DNA of 64,000 bases from Nanobdellota archaeon (GCA_038045705.1 JBBSXO010000003.1:64001-128000); one strand, 5' to 3'. Positions 1 through 8,809 are shown, counted from the stretch's first letter. Numbers and translations are program-made. The notes: generated from the letters alone by a model not told the origin.

Positions 1-75
1 CCTATTAAAATAATCAATATAAAAATGCATCTACACAAGAAAACTTTAAAACACAACATTACAAAGTAAAATCAT

Positions 76-195
76 GCCTCCGTAGCTCAGCCGGTAGAGT
101 GCGTCCTTGGTATCTTGCTACTCCACAGCAAGAGAGTAGAAAGAAAAGATAAGACAAACAGGACGAGGTCCCGGGTTCAATCCCCGGCGGAGGCT
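76..195 (+). tRNA. tRNA-Thr(GGT) with 47-nt intron at 37/38 (113-159)
   Basis: Acceptor GCCTCCG/CGGAGGC, anticodon arm CGTCC-TT-GGT-A..A-GGACG, T-loop TTCAATC; TTTAAA box at 45-50. Confidence 0.93.
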
Positions 196-618
196 TATTT
201 TAATCAATTCAACTAGTTGAATTGATTCTCACCGAGAAAATCCAGGAAAACGCATATGTCCTTCAGGTATAATTTTATAATGTTCTAATTTAACTATAAT
301 AGTTCTAATAAATAGCAATTCAAATAAAACTCCAAATAATATCGCCGACCAGAATCCCATCTGAATTACAGTATCATTCTTTATTTGAACACCAGTAATC
401 ATCAATCCAATAGCTCCAAGCATCAGTCCCAACATGTTCATGGTGTCTAATATATCTCCCATATTTTTGAGACCTAAATGACATATAAAAATATACTTGT
501 TGTAGAAAGGTAAATAAACTTCTAAATCCTACAAATAATACATCACGAGACTAAACAGGTTCAAAGCCACTAGTGGGGTTCCTGAAAAGTTCAAAGCCAA
601 ATGGAGGCTTATTTTAAT
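189..618. repeat. 16-bp direct repeat of the tRNA-Thr 3' end (189-204 and 603-618), att-like
   Basis: GGAGGCTTATTTTAAT occurs at both positions; GTTCAAAGCCA is duplicated at 559-569 and 589-599. Confidence 0.75.
229..462 (-). CDS. small membrane protein, hypothetical
   Basis: 77 aa, two hydrophobic segments; TATA-like TTTATAT upstream. Confidence 0.6.
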   Translation of the reverse strand: MGDILDTMNMLGLMLGAIGLMITGVQIKNDTVIQMGFWSAILFGVLFELLFIRTIIVKLEHYKIIPEGHMRFPGFSR

Positions 619-877
619 TAAATAGAGAATTAATTACATAAGCAATTGCAACACCTGTTGAGGTAACAAACTGACCGAGCATAACCTTGTCCATATATCC
701 GAAATGAAATCCTTGATAGTCTTGGTTTCTTGTCTGTTTTATAATCGGCCAAGCTCTTATCCCATAATTCCAGAGACCATATAATGGTATAAAGTCTTTA
801 GGATCCTTTCCAACTTTATTCTCTAAAGTCTTCCAATTTCTTGTTGTTTGGACCTGTAATCTTTCTTGATCTTCCAT
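614..877 (-). CDS. hypothetical protein
   Basis: 87-aa ORF with ATG and upstream TTTAAA. Confidence 0.6.
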   Translation of the reverse strand: MEDQERLQVQTTRNWKTLENKVGKDPKDFIPLYGLWNYGIRAWPIIKQTRNQDYQGFHFGYMDKVMLGQFVTSTGVAIAYVINSLFN

Positions 878-1010
878 ACTTTTCTATCTAACTTGCTTTT
901 TTAAATCTTTCTTAATAGTTCGATAAAATAACAAGGTAAATAAAATACCAACTCCTAAAGACATCAGGTCCATACTACATTTAAGAACTTAAATTTAGTC
1001 AATTATCCCT

Positions 1011-1478
1011 ATGGGAAATATCTTACATTTTGACAGATTTCCAGAGTTAGAAGAATTAAAAATAAAAATAAAAATAGAAACAGAATTAGAAAAGAAATTT
1101 AATCCAATACAAGTTTATTCCACAAGATCTATCCCAGGAGACAAAAGCTGTACTTATTCATGGTGGTATCTTGATAAAGAAGTGGCAGATCTAACAGGTT
1201 TAGCCAATGTCAAAGAAAATCTTAGAATAACCTTAAATCCATTATATAATACAAACCAATGGGACTTAGAACATACCTGTAGTCCTGATAGTACTAATCA
1301 GATAATGCAATATAGAAGAGATATAATTTTGAGAGATAAAAGAACGGCACAAGATATGTATGTAACAATTGAAGAAAAATTAAGCAATTCATTAGGAAAT
1401 CCAATAAAAAGAGCTGATGATGTCTTAATATGGTATGTAAAAAGAATCAACCAGTTTCAGGAAGCCACTCATTCTTAA
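1011..1478 (+). CDS. hypothetical protein
   Basis: 155-aa ORF, no recognisable motif. Confidence 0.65.
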   Translation: MGNILHFDRFPELEELKIKIKIETELEKKFNPIQVYSTRSIPGDKSCTYSWWYLDKEVADLTGLANVKENLRITLNPLYNTNQWDLEHTCSPDSTNQIMQYRRDIILRDKRTAQDMYVTIEEKLSNSLGNPIKRADDVLIWYVKRINQFQEATHS

Positions 1479-1650
1479 CAACATAACTCGCAATAGATAA
1501 AGTTTTCTCAAATAAGTTAGCTATCCAAGAAGAATATTCAACAATAAAATGTTCTCTATTTTCAGATATACCTAGAGCAAGGTTCTGATTACTTACTATA
1601 AGCAAAGCACCTATTAAAAAAATCTTCATTAATATTAAAAATATTTTCAT
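1447..1650 (-). CDS. small membrane protein
   Basis: 67 aa, N-terminal hydrophobic helix; 2 nt from the upstream gene. Confidence 0.65.
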   Translation of the reverse strand: MKIFLILMKIFLIGALLIVSNQNLALGISENREHFIVEYSSWIANLFEKTLSIASYVVKNEWLPETG

Positions 1651-1652
1651 TT

Positions 1653-1955
1653 TTAAGATGAAATGTTAGTAACATTCCAATCAAGAGTCGCTTTTCCAGT
1701 AATAGAAGCAGTAGTTTTACCAAAATTCACAAGCCAAGAAGTATAAGCTTTAGCACCTGTAATGAATCCCTCAAAAGAATTAAGGTTTATCTGATTTGCA
1801 TTAACAACTTTGAAGAAAGAGAACAGAACAAAAATAAGCAAAACCGCAATCAAATAAGTCCACCATCTTTCATATCTAAATGATGTAATCTTAAAAAATA
1901 GAAATACTGCAATAATTATCAACCCAATAAACACTAAATTCACCATTTTTATCAA
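1653..1955 (-). CDS. small two-TM membrane protein
   Basis: Two hydrophobic helices plus an amphipathic tail. Confidence 0.7.
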   Translation of the reverse strand: MIKMVNLVFIGLIIIAVFLFFKITSFRYERWWTYLIAVLLIFVLFSFFKVVNANQINLNSFEGFITGAKAYTSWLVNFGKTTASITGKATLDWNVTNISS

Positions 1956-1996
1956 AAAAGTAACATTTTGGTTGTATAAATATCTTACTAAATTAA

Positions 1997-2041
1997 AGGC
2001 AGGTAACAGAGGGGTTTTAGGGATCTCTCTGTTCCCCGCCT
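1997..2041 (-). terminator. GC-rich hairpin immediately 3' of tRNA-Glu
   Basis: AGGCGGG-G-AACAGAG ... CTCTGTT-A-CCTGCCT followed by TTAATTT on the minus strand. Confidence 0.45.
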
Positions 2042-2042
2042 A

Positions 2043-2215
2043 TGCCCCTGCCGGGATTTGAACCCGGGTTTCGGCCGTTCTCCACTATCGCTTACGCGAC
2101 AGCCTGAGGACCATGCTGCTCTTGACGAGCACAGATATAGTCTCAGCGACATCACCTCGCATGCTGGTAAACCAGTTCGAGAGGGCCGTGTCCTTGACCA
2201 CTAGACTACAAGGGC
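2043..2215 (-). tRNA. tRNA-Glu(CTC) with 100-nt intron at 37/38 (2078-2177)
   Basis: Acceptor GCCCTTG/CAGGGGC, arm CGGCC-CT-CTC-G..C-GGCCG; BHB with helix CTCT/GGAG and bulges CGA and AAC. Confidence 0.93.
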
Positions 2216-2255
2216 AACAATTAGGATTAAATGAGGCTCTTTAAAAAGTTAGCCA

Positions 2256-2825
2256 TTAAATAGAAAGAAGTATAAAAATTCCAATAGCATTTCCAATATA
2301 GCTCATTAACATGAATCCATAATGATGAATTTTAGTAAACCCAGCAAGCATTGCAACTGCAAGTTCATCAGGCAATGGAGAAGCAATAATCAAAATAACT
2401 AAAACATAAACAAAAAAACTTCTAAATTTCTTAGGAACAATCATTCTAACACCAGTTGCAATATGTCTTATGAAAGAAGTATGTTTCAATTGTTTGAATT
2501 CATCATTAAAAGAGAGCCTCATAAAAGAAAATATCCCTAAATCAGCAATTAGAGCCCCAATAGCTCCAATTCCTGCAGCCAGATAAATATTGCTTGGATC
2601 CGATGCAAGAAGAAAACCAGTAGCAATTGGTGTAGTAAAACCAGCTGAAAAAAGTAAACCTGCTAAAAATATAGATAAGTAGAACAAATTATTCATACTT
2701 GCAATAAATCCAGATACAACAGACATCTGAAAAACAAAGTAAGCTAAAATTATAGCAATAACATATAGCGTAAGTTTAGGATATGTAAAAATAAAAAGCC
2801 TCTTCATAAAACCAAACAGTCTCAA
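2256..2825 (-). CDS. polytopic membrane protein (VTT/DedA-like)
   Basis: About 5 TM segments, 'GALIADL' and 'ASPLPDE' motifs. Confidence 0.7.
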   Translation of the reverse strand: MRLFGFMKRLFIFTYPKLTLYVIAIILAYFVFQMSVVSGFIASMNNLFYLSIFLAGLLFSAGFTTPIATGFLLASDPSNIYLAAGIGAIGALIADLGIFSFMRLSFNDEFKQLKHTSFIRHIATGVRMIVPKKFRSFFVYVLVILIIASPLPDELAVAMLAGFTKIHHYGFMLMSYIGNAIGIFILLSI

Positions 2826-2968
2826 TAAATTATAAACTTAACTAAAATAGCCCCACCAACTACCAAACAAAAAGTTATTTATTAGGCTTTTTGATGGTTC
2901 TACTCTTAAAAAATGTTGTACTGCCTCCTACCACACTCATTTATATGCTCCAATTAGTTAAATTTTTT

Positions 2969-3685
2969 ATGGAAAATAAAGTTATTATAAGAATAGATGA
3001 TATTGGAAGGAAAAACTATTCTATAGTAATTAAACAAATGTTAGAAGAACTAAGCAAAAGAAAAATGCCATTTACTCTTGGAGTGATTGCTTCTGAACTT
3101 GAAGATGATAATAACTATATAGTTTCTTTAAAAGAGACTGTTGCGAAGAATAAATCTGAATTTGCTTTACATGGTTATTACCATAAAAAAGATGTAGATG
3201 GAAATCCTGAATTTAAAGAACTCTCCAAAGAAGATGCAAGTAAGTTGATTCATGCTGGTAAAACTATTATGCAAGAAAAGTTGGAGATAACGCCCATTAC
3301 ATTTATTCCACCGTGGAATGTTGCTTCTTACGGAACAAAAGAAGCCCTTATAGAAGAAAAATTTACTACATTCTCTGGAGATAAAGATGAATTTGAAAAA
3401 TCTAAATTGTTTTTTATTGGTTATAACGTGGCTACTGCTAATTTTCAACCACATATATTAGTTACACTTACACAAATTAAAGAAGACTGTGAGAAAAGTT
3501 TTGAAAAGAGAGGATATTGTGTAATCATGATTCATCCTCAAGATTACTTAATTGATGATGTGGGAGACAAACATAAGCAAGATATTGATTCTGAAAAATA
3601 TCAACAATTTATTCATCTTTTAGACTATTTGGAAGATAAAAAAAGACATTTCACAACATTTAGTGAAATGTCTAAGAAATTCTAA
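2969..3685 (+). CDS. polysaccharide deacetylase-like (DUF2334/CE4) protein; start re-set to MENK
   Basis: IRIDD, LHGYYH, FIPPWN and MIHP motifs. Confidence 0.85.
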   Translation: MENKVIIRIDDIGRKNYSIVIKQMLEELSKRKMPFTLGVIASELEDDNNYIVSLKETVAKNKSEFALHGYYHKKDVDGNPEFKELSKEDASKLIHAGKTIMQEKLEITPITFIPPWNVASYGTKEALIEEKFTTFSGDKDEFEKSKLFFIGYNVATANFQPHILVTLTQIKEDCEKSFEKRGYCVIMIHPQDYLIDDVGDKHKQDIDSEKYQQFIHLLDYLEDKKRHFTTFSEMSKKF

Positions 3686-3791
3686 ATAGCAGTATATGTT
3701 AAGGTTTACACTGAATAGCCAGTAGTTCGATTCTGATATCGCCTATATTTTGAAAAGATAATTTTATAATAATCATTTTCTTTGAAATAGT

Positions 3792-4442
3792 ATGAATAAG
3801 AAAACACTTCATAAAAAGTGGTATTTTCGATTGCTTCAAATAATCTTTTTGGGCTTTTTCATATTCTTTATAATTGTAGGTTTTCGAGGTATTTTTTACG
3901 GAGATGGTGAGCCATTTGTTGGATTCATCTTTGCAGGCATTTTAGCTATCGTGTACTGGCTAATCATGAGAAATAAAGGTTCAATAGGTGGTTTCGTTTT
4001 TGGTGTAATACTTGGCCTTCTTTTATTATTTATAATATCTAAACTTAATCCGGGAGACGAAATAGCTGGAATAGTGATATTTACCCTATTAATAAGCGGA
4101 TTATTTTTTGCTTTCATGGGATATTTAATTCAAAATAAATTTACAAAGAAGAAAATGAAAATGAAAAAATATACATGGAGAAATTGCATAGAATATCTTA
4201 AAGATAATCCTAATGGATATTGGTTTAAGAGAAAATTATATGGTTGGGGTTGGGTGCCTGTTAAGTGGCAAGGATGGCTTGTAGTATTTATATCTCTAGC
4301 CATTGGTATCACAGGCATTTATTTTTCAGAGCTTGATGATGCTCCTGGAGGAGTTATTATAAGCATACTACTTATGATTGCAATTATATTTGCTTTTGGT
4401 TATTGGAAAGGCGAGAAACCTAAATGGAGTTGGGGAATATAG
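3792..4442 (+). CDS. multi-TM membrane protein, apparently mosaic
   Basis: About 6 TM segments; C-terminal WFKRKLYGWGWVPVKWQGW module. Confidence 0.7.
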   Translation: MNKKTLHKKWYFRLLQIIFLGFFIFFIIVGFRGIFYGDGEPFVGFIFAGILAIVYWLIMRNKGSIGGFVFGVILGLLLLFIISKLNPGDEIAGIVIFTLLISGLFFAFMGYLIQNKFTKKKMKMKKYTWRNCIEYLKDNPNGYWFKRKLYGWGWVPVKWQGWLVVFISLAIGITGIYFSELDDAPGGVIISILLMIAIIFAFGYWKGEKPKWSWGI

Positions 4443-4567
4443 GTAATCTTTAAGTTCTTAGAACATATAGGATGAATTATTTTACACCAAGTTAATTGCC
4501 AAGTAACTCTTAGTTTATTCGAAATAATGGTTTAAACCATTTCTAGACTACCTAACTTTTAGTTGGA

Positions 4568-4640
4568 TAGCCCCACTCGGATTCGAACCGAGGTTTCAGC
4601 CGCCAGAGGGCTGCGAACTTGACCACTATTCGATGGGGCT
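4568..4640 (-). tRNA. tRNA-Gln(CTG)
   Basis: AGCCCCA/TGGGGCT acceptor (A1-U72, typical of archaeal tRNA-Gln), CAGCC-CT-CTG-GC-GGCTG, TTCGAAT. Confidence 0.96.
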
Positions 4641-4748
4641 ATAAAACAATCCAACAAAATAGGTTTAAAACTATTCCGATTAAAAAAATTCTAAGAAAAT
4701 CAAAAAAATACAATTAAAGTTAAATATTAGTTAGCTCAAAAAAGAAAC

Positions 4749-5834
4749 ATGGAAGAAAAAAAAGAGTTTCAAACACAAATTTTAACTGAAGAACAAGAAA
4801 AAAATGGAAAATTAAAAGCAACTGAAGAAGAAATAGATCAAATCTTAAGGATAGTAGCCCCAGGAACAAATTTCAGAAGTGCATTAGAAGGAGTAGTAAA
4901 TGCAAAAAAGGGTGCATTGATAGTAGTAGAAATAGAAGGAATTTCTTCGGTTCTTGATGGTGGATTCAAAATAAATTCTAAGTTTAGCCCTCAAAAGATA
5001 GTAGAACTATCAAAAATGGACGGAGCAATTATTCTCTCAAAGGATATGAAAAGAATAACTCAAGCAAATGTAATGATCTATCCTGATAAGAAAATATCAA
5101 CAAAAGAAACAGGAACAAGACACAAAACTGCAGAAAGAACTGCAAAAATGTTAGGCACCTTAGTAGCCACAGTTTCAGAAAGAAGAAGTGAAATGACTGC
5201 ATATTACAAGAATTTTAGACATGTAATAAGAAACGTAAATGAAATATTAAGAAAAGTCAATGAACAAACTCAAATAATAGAAAAACAAAGAGAACTCTTT
5301 GATTTAAATGTCGAAAAACTGACTCAAATGGAACTAAGAAATTACCCTAATGTTCAACAAGCATCAGTAGTAGTTCAAAAAGGTAGATTAATAGAAAAAA
5401 TGGCAAATGATGTAAAAGACTTCTTTTTAGAACTAGGTAATGAAGGGACAATAATAAAAACAAGATTAAAGGAACTAACATCTAATGTAGAAAAAGAAGT
5501 AAATCTTGTGATAAAAGATTATACTAAAGTAGACTTAAAGAAATCTAGAATTCTTATAAACAGCTTAACTTATGAGGAGATTCTAGATCCAGAAAATATA
5601 ATTAAATCATTAGCATATGGTGAAAATATAAAAGTAGATAAAATAAGAGGCTGGAGAGTTTTATCAAAAACCTCCTTAGAAGAGTCGGATATTGCAATGT
5701 TAACTAAAGAATTAGCCAGTTTAGGAAAAACAATTTACTCAAACCTAAATTCTTACAAAGCAATAATAGGTGAAGAAAAAGCAAACATCTTCAAACAAGA
5801 AGTAGATGAGATAAAAAGAGCTTATTTCACATAA
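4749..5834 (+). CDS. disA: DNA integrity scanning diadenylate cyclase DisA
   Basis: VAPGT, ELSKMDGAII and ETGTRHKTAER DAC motifs, helical linker, 361 aa. Confidence 0.92.
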   Translation: MEEKKEFQTQILTEEQEKNGKLKATEEEIDQILRIVAPGTNFRSALEGVVNAKKGALIVVEIEGISSVLDGGFKINSKFSPQKIVELSKMDGAIILSKDMKRITQANVMIYPDKKISTKETGTRHKTAERTAKMLGTLVATVSERRSEMTAYYKNFRHVIRNVNEILRKVNEQTQIIEKQRELFDLNVEKLTQMELRNYPNVQQASVVVQKGRLIEKMANDVKDFFLELGNEGTIIKTRLKELTSNVEKEVNLVIKDYTKVDLKKSRILINSLTYEEILDPENIIKSLAYGENIKVDKIRGWRVLSKTSLEESDIAMLTKELASLGKTIYSNLNSYKAIIGEEKANIFKQEVDEIKRAYFT

Positions 5835-5923
5835 ATAAGCTTGAAAGTTTTATAGAACTTAGCCCATAAATTTTGAGTTTTAAGCAGGTAAACTTTTAAA
5901 AACCCAAAATAACAAAAGATAAC

Positions 5924-6034
5924 ATGAAAAGATCATCAAGACGTTGGAAGAAAAAAGGTCAAATGCGTTGGAAATGGCAACGCAAGCGTCTTAAGAAGGA
6001 AAAACGCAAGAGAAAGATGCGTAAAAGCAAGTAA
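5924..6034 (+). CDS. rpl41e: ribosomal protein eL41 (L41e), 36 aa, absent from the ORF track
   Basis: MKRSSRRWKKKGQMRWKWQRKRLKKEKRKRKMRKSK; MRWKW signature; TTTTAAA box upstream. Confidence 0.88.
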   Translation: MKRSSRRWKKKGQMRWKWQRKRLKKEKRKRKMRKSK

Positions 6035-6041
6035 TTAATTT

Positions 6042-6527
6042 TTAACTAGATTTATATCCAAGCATAAAAAATAAGCTACTTAAACGATTCACATATCTGT
6101 ATACATCTGCTCTCAACTTATCTTCCCTTAACAATTTAACAATAAATGTCTCTAATTCACGACATCGTACACGACATTCATTAAACAAAATGCTTTTCTG
6201 ATTAGTAAACCTGACAAATTTATTTGGTGGCTCACCAAGTGAATTAATATAATTTTCAAGATTTTTTAAATCAGATTCAGTAATTGGAGCATTTAAACAC
6301 TCTTCAGAACAATTAGCAATTTCTCCAGAGGCCTGCCATAGTTTTTGTTGGACAATCCTTAAAAAATCAGAGTGTTCAACAGATAAAAACAAAGCCATAT
6401 CAATCGCACTCTGCAAGCTGTCTATCTTACCATTAACCAATATAATCAAATCATCTTTAGCAAGAGGATTACCAGCATAATCTTTAGTAAAGCCATTATC
6501 CCCATCAGAAGTATAAACTTTAACCAC
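6042..6527 (-). CDS. PduO-type ATP:cob(I)alamin adenosyltransferase; probable GTG start
   Basis: KVYTxxGDxGxT, GxIDxL, RVRCRELE and YVNRLSSLFF motifs. Confidence 0.85.
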   Translation of the reverse strand: MVKVYTSDGDNGFTKDYAGNPLAKDDLIILVNGKIDSLQSAIDMALFLSVEHSDFLRIVQQKLWQASGEIANCSEECLNAPITESDLKNLENYINSLGEPPNKFVRFTNQKSILFNECRVRCRELETFIVKLLREDKLRADVYRYVNRLSSLFFMLGYKSS

Positions 6528-6629
6528 AAAAAAGAGAATAAATGTAAGTAATAAACATTTTGTCACCACAATGATTATATATGAAAATTATCAGGTGAGA
6601 TGAGTTAAATTTAATACAAAAAAGAGAAA

Positions 6630-7598
6630 ATGAGTCAAAGTGAAATCTGGACAGAAAAATACAGACCATCTGTATTCGATATGATGGTAGGTCAACAAGA
6701 AATAGTAAAAAGAGCTAATGCCTTGGTTCAGGCAATGAATATTCCCCACATAATGTTTGCAGGCCCATCAGGCACAGGAAAATCAACATTAGCTTTAATT
6801 ATAGTAAAAGAACTATTCAAGGATAAATGGAAAGAAAACTATTTAGAATTAAACGCTTCTGATGAAAGGGGAATAGATGTAGTTAGACAAAAAGTAAAAG
6901 ACTTTGCAAGAACAAAATCAATAGGGGTAGTACCATTCAAAGTAATTTTTCTAGATGAAGCTGATGCTCTAACACAAGAAGCACAACAAGCACTAAGAAG
7001 AACAATGGAGAACTACACAAATACTTGTAGATTTATCATGTCTTGCAATTACTCAAGTAAAATCATAGATCCAATTCAGTCTCGTTGTGTTGTTTTCAGA
7101 TTTAAACTTCTAGAAAAAAAGGACATAATTGAGGTAATAAAAAGAATATCTGAAAAAGAAAAAATAAAGATAACAGAAGAAGCTCTAGAAACTCTATATG
7201 AAATGTCAGAAGGAGATTGCAGAAGAGCAATAAATCTTCTACAAGCGACAGCATCAATAGCATTAGATATAAATGCAGAAATCGTAAAAATGATTGCTTC
7301 ATCCACAAAGCCAACTAATGTAAAAATAGTTTTAGACTATGCATTAGCAGGAGATTTTCTAAACGCAAGAGAAAAGCTCCTTGAAATAATGTTAAAAGAC
7401 AGTGTAGGTGGAACAGATATAATAAAAGCAATTCAAAAAGAAATTTGGACATTACAAATAGAACCACAAACAAAGGTAAAATTAACTGAAAAAACAGGAG
7501 AAGCAGAGTTCAGAATAGTTGAAGGTAGTGATGAATTTGTACAACTTCAGGCTCTTCTAGCTTCTTTTGTCTTAGCAGGATCTAAAGAAGAAATTTAA
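6630..7598 (+). CDS. rfcS: replication factor C small subunit
   Basis: WTEKYRP, GPSGTGKS, ELNASDERG, DEAD, SRC. Confidence 0.97.
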   Translation: MSQSEIWTEKYRPSVFDMMVGQQEIVKRANALVQAMNIPHIMFAGPSGTGKSTLALIIVKELFKDKWKENYLELNASDERGIDVVRQKVKDFARTKSIGVVPFKVIFLDEADALTQEAQQALRRTMENYTNTCRFIMSCNYSSKIIDPIQSRCVVFRFKLLEKKDIIEVIKRISEKEKIKITEEALETLYEMSEGDCRRAINLLQATASIALDINAEIVKMIASSTKPTNVKIVLDYALAGDFLNAREKLLEIMLKDSVGGTDIIKAIQKEIWTLQIEPQTKVKLTEKTGEAEFRIVEGSDEFVQLQALLASFVLAGSKEEI

Positions 7599-7637
7599 TT
7601 GATAATGAAAAAATTATATCAATGAAAGAGAACCAAA

Positions 7638-8807
7638 ATGATTAAATCAAACTTCGCTGAAAAATATAGACCAAGTTTACTTCAAGAAATAGTTGGTCAA
7701 GAACAAGCAATACAAGATGCCCAAAAGTTTATTAAAGAATTTCCTAAAAAAAAGGGTCTAATTCTACACGGTCAATCAGGAACTGGAAAGACAACATTAG
7801 TTCATGCGATATCTAAAGAACTAAATCTAGATATCTTTGAGTTAAATTCTTCAGATCTAAGAAACAGATTAAAATTAGAAGAAATTCTAAAACCTGCTTC
7901 AGAACAGCATAGTTTATTCAAATCGGGTAAAATTCTTCTAATGGATGAAGTTGATGGAGTTACAGGCACAGATATCGGAGGAGTTCCAGAGTTAATCAGA
8001 ATTCTAGAAAAAACCGCACATCCAATAATAATGACTGGAAATGATATATGGGATTCAAAATTTTCTGAATTAAGACCTAAATGTAAATTAGTGGAGATGA
8101 AACCACTTTCAGTAGATAACATAGTGAAAGTTCTTCAGAGTATATTAAAAAAAGAGAATATAAATGAAAATATTCACTATCTAAAACAAATAGCAATAAA
8201 GTCACAAGGAGATTTAAGAGCAGCAGTTAATGACTTACAAACTTACGTTCTAAGTGATCAAACAAATGTAAATTTCTTAGAAGAAAGAAGCAAACAAGAC
8301 ACAATATTTAACATACTAAAGAAATTATTCCAAGAACGTTCAGACCACCTAAACCTATTTGACACTACAAAGATGTCATTAGATGAAATACTCTTATGGA
8401 TTGAAGAAAATATCCCAAGAGAATACAAAGGCAAAGCCTTAGCAAAAGCATATTTAGCATTAGCAAAAGCAGACATTTTCAGAGGAAGAATATACCGTCA
8501 ACAATTCTGGCGTTTTTTAGTATATCAAAACATATTCCAGTCTGCAGGTATAAGCTATGCAAAAGATAAGCCCAAAGCAACATTCACTAAATACGAACGC
8601 CCACAGAGAATCCTAAAAATCTGGTTAAACAACAGAATAACTGCGAAAAAGAAAACAATTTCACAAAAATATGCCCGTTACGTTCACTGTAGCACAAGCA
8701 GAGCAATGCAAGACTTTCAAATCATAAAAAAAATAATAGCAAGCAAACCAGAAATAGCAAATAACCTCAATTTGTCAGATGAAGAAATGGATTTTATTAG
8801 AAAGTAA
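7638..8807 (+). CDS. rfcL: replication factor C large subunit
   Basis: EKYRP, GTGKT, ELNSSD, DEVD, WIEENIP; follows rfcS. Confidence 0.95.
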   Translation: MIKSNFAEKYRPSLLQEIVGQEQAIQDAQKFIKEFPKKKGLILHGQSGTGKTTLVHAISKELNLDIFELNSSDLRNRLKLEEILKPASEQHSLFKSGKILLMDEVDGVTGTDIGGVPELIRILEKTAHPIIMTGNDIWDSKFSELRPKCKLVEMKPLSVDNIVKVLQSILKKENINENIHYLKQIAIKSQGDLRAAVNDLQTYVLSDQTNVNFLEERSKQDTIFNILKKLFQERSDHLNLFDTTKMSLDEILLWIEENIPREYKGKALAKAYLALAKADIFRGRIYRQQFWRFLVYQNIFQSAGISYAKDKPKATFTKYERPQRILKIWLNNRITAKKKTISQKYARYVHCSTSRAMQDFQIIKKIIASKPEIANNLNLSDEEMDFIRK

Positions 8808-8809
8808 GA

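Larger units (their letters stand above)
2847..4576. repeat. 10-bp direct repeat of the tRNA-Gln 3' end (2847-2856 and 4567-4576)
   Basis: ATAGCCCCAC at both positions. Confidence 0.5.

Noticed and set aside
2143-2155. GTGATGT and CTGA in the tRNA-Glu intron as a C/D-box guide RNA
   Set aside because: The boxes are 2 nt apart with no guide segment or second box pair; a K-loop is not excluded
3700-3745. Additional tRNA gene
   Set aside because: Only a GTTCGATTC T-loop-like word is present, with no cloverleaf
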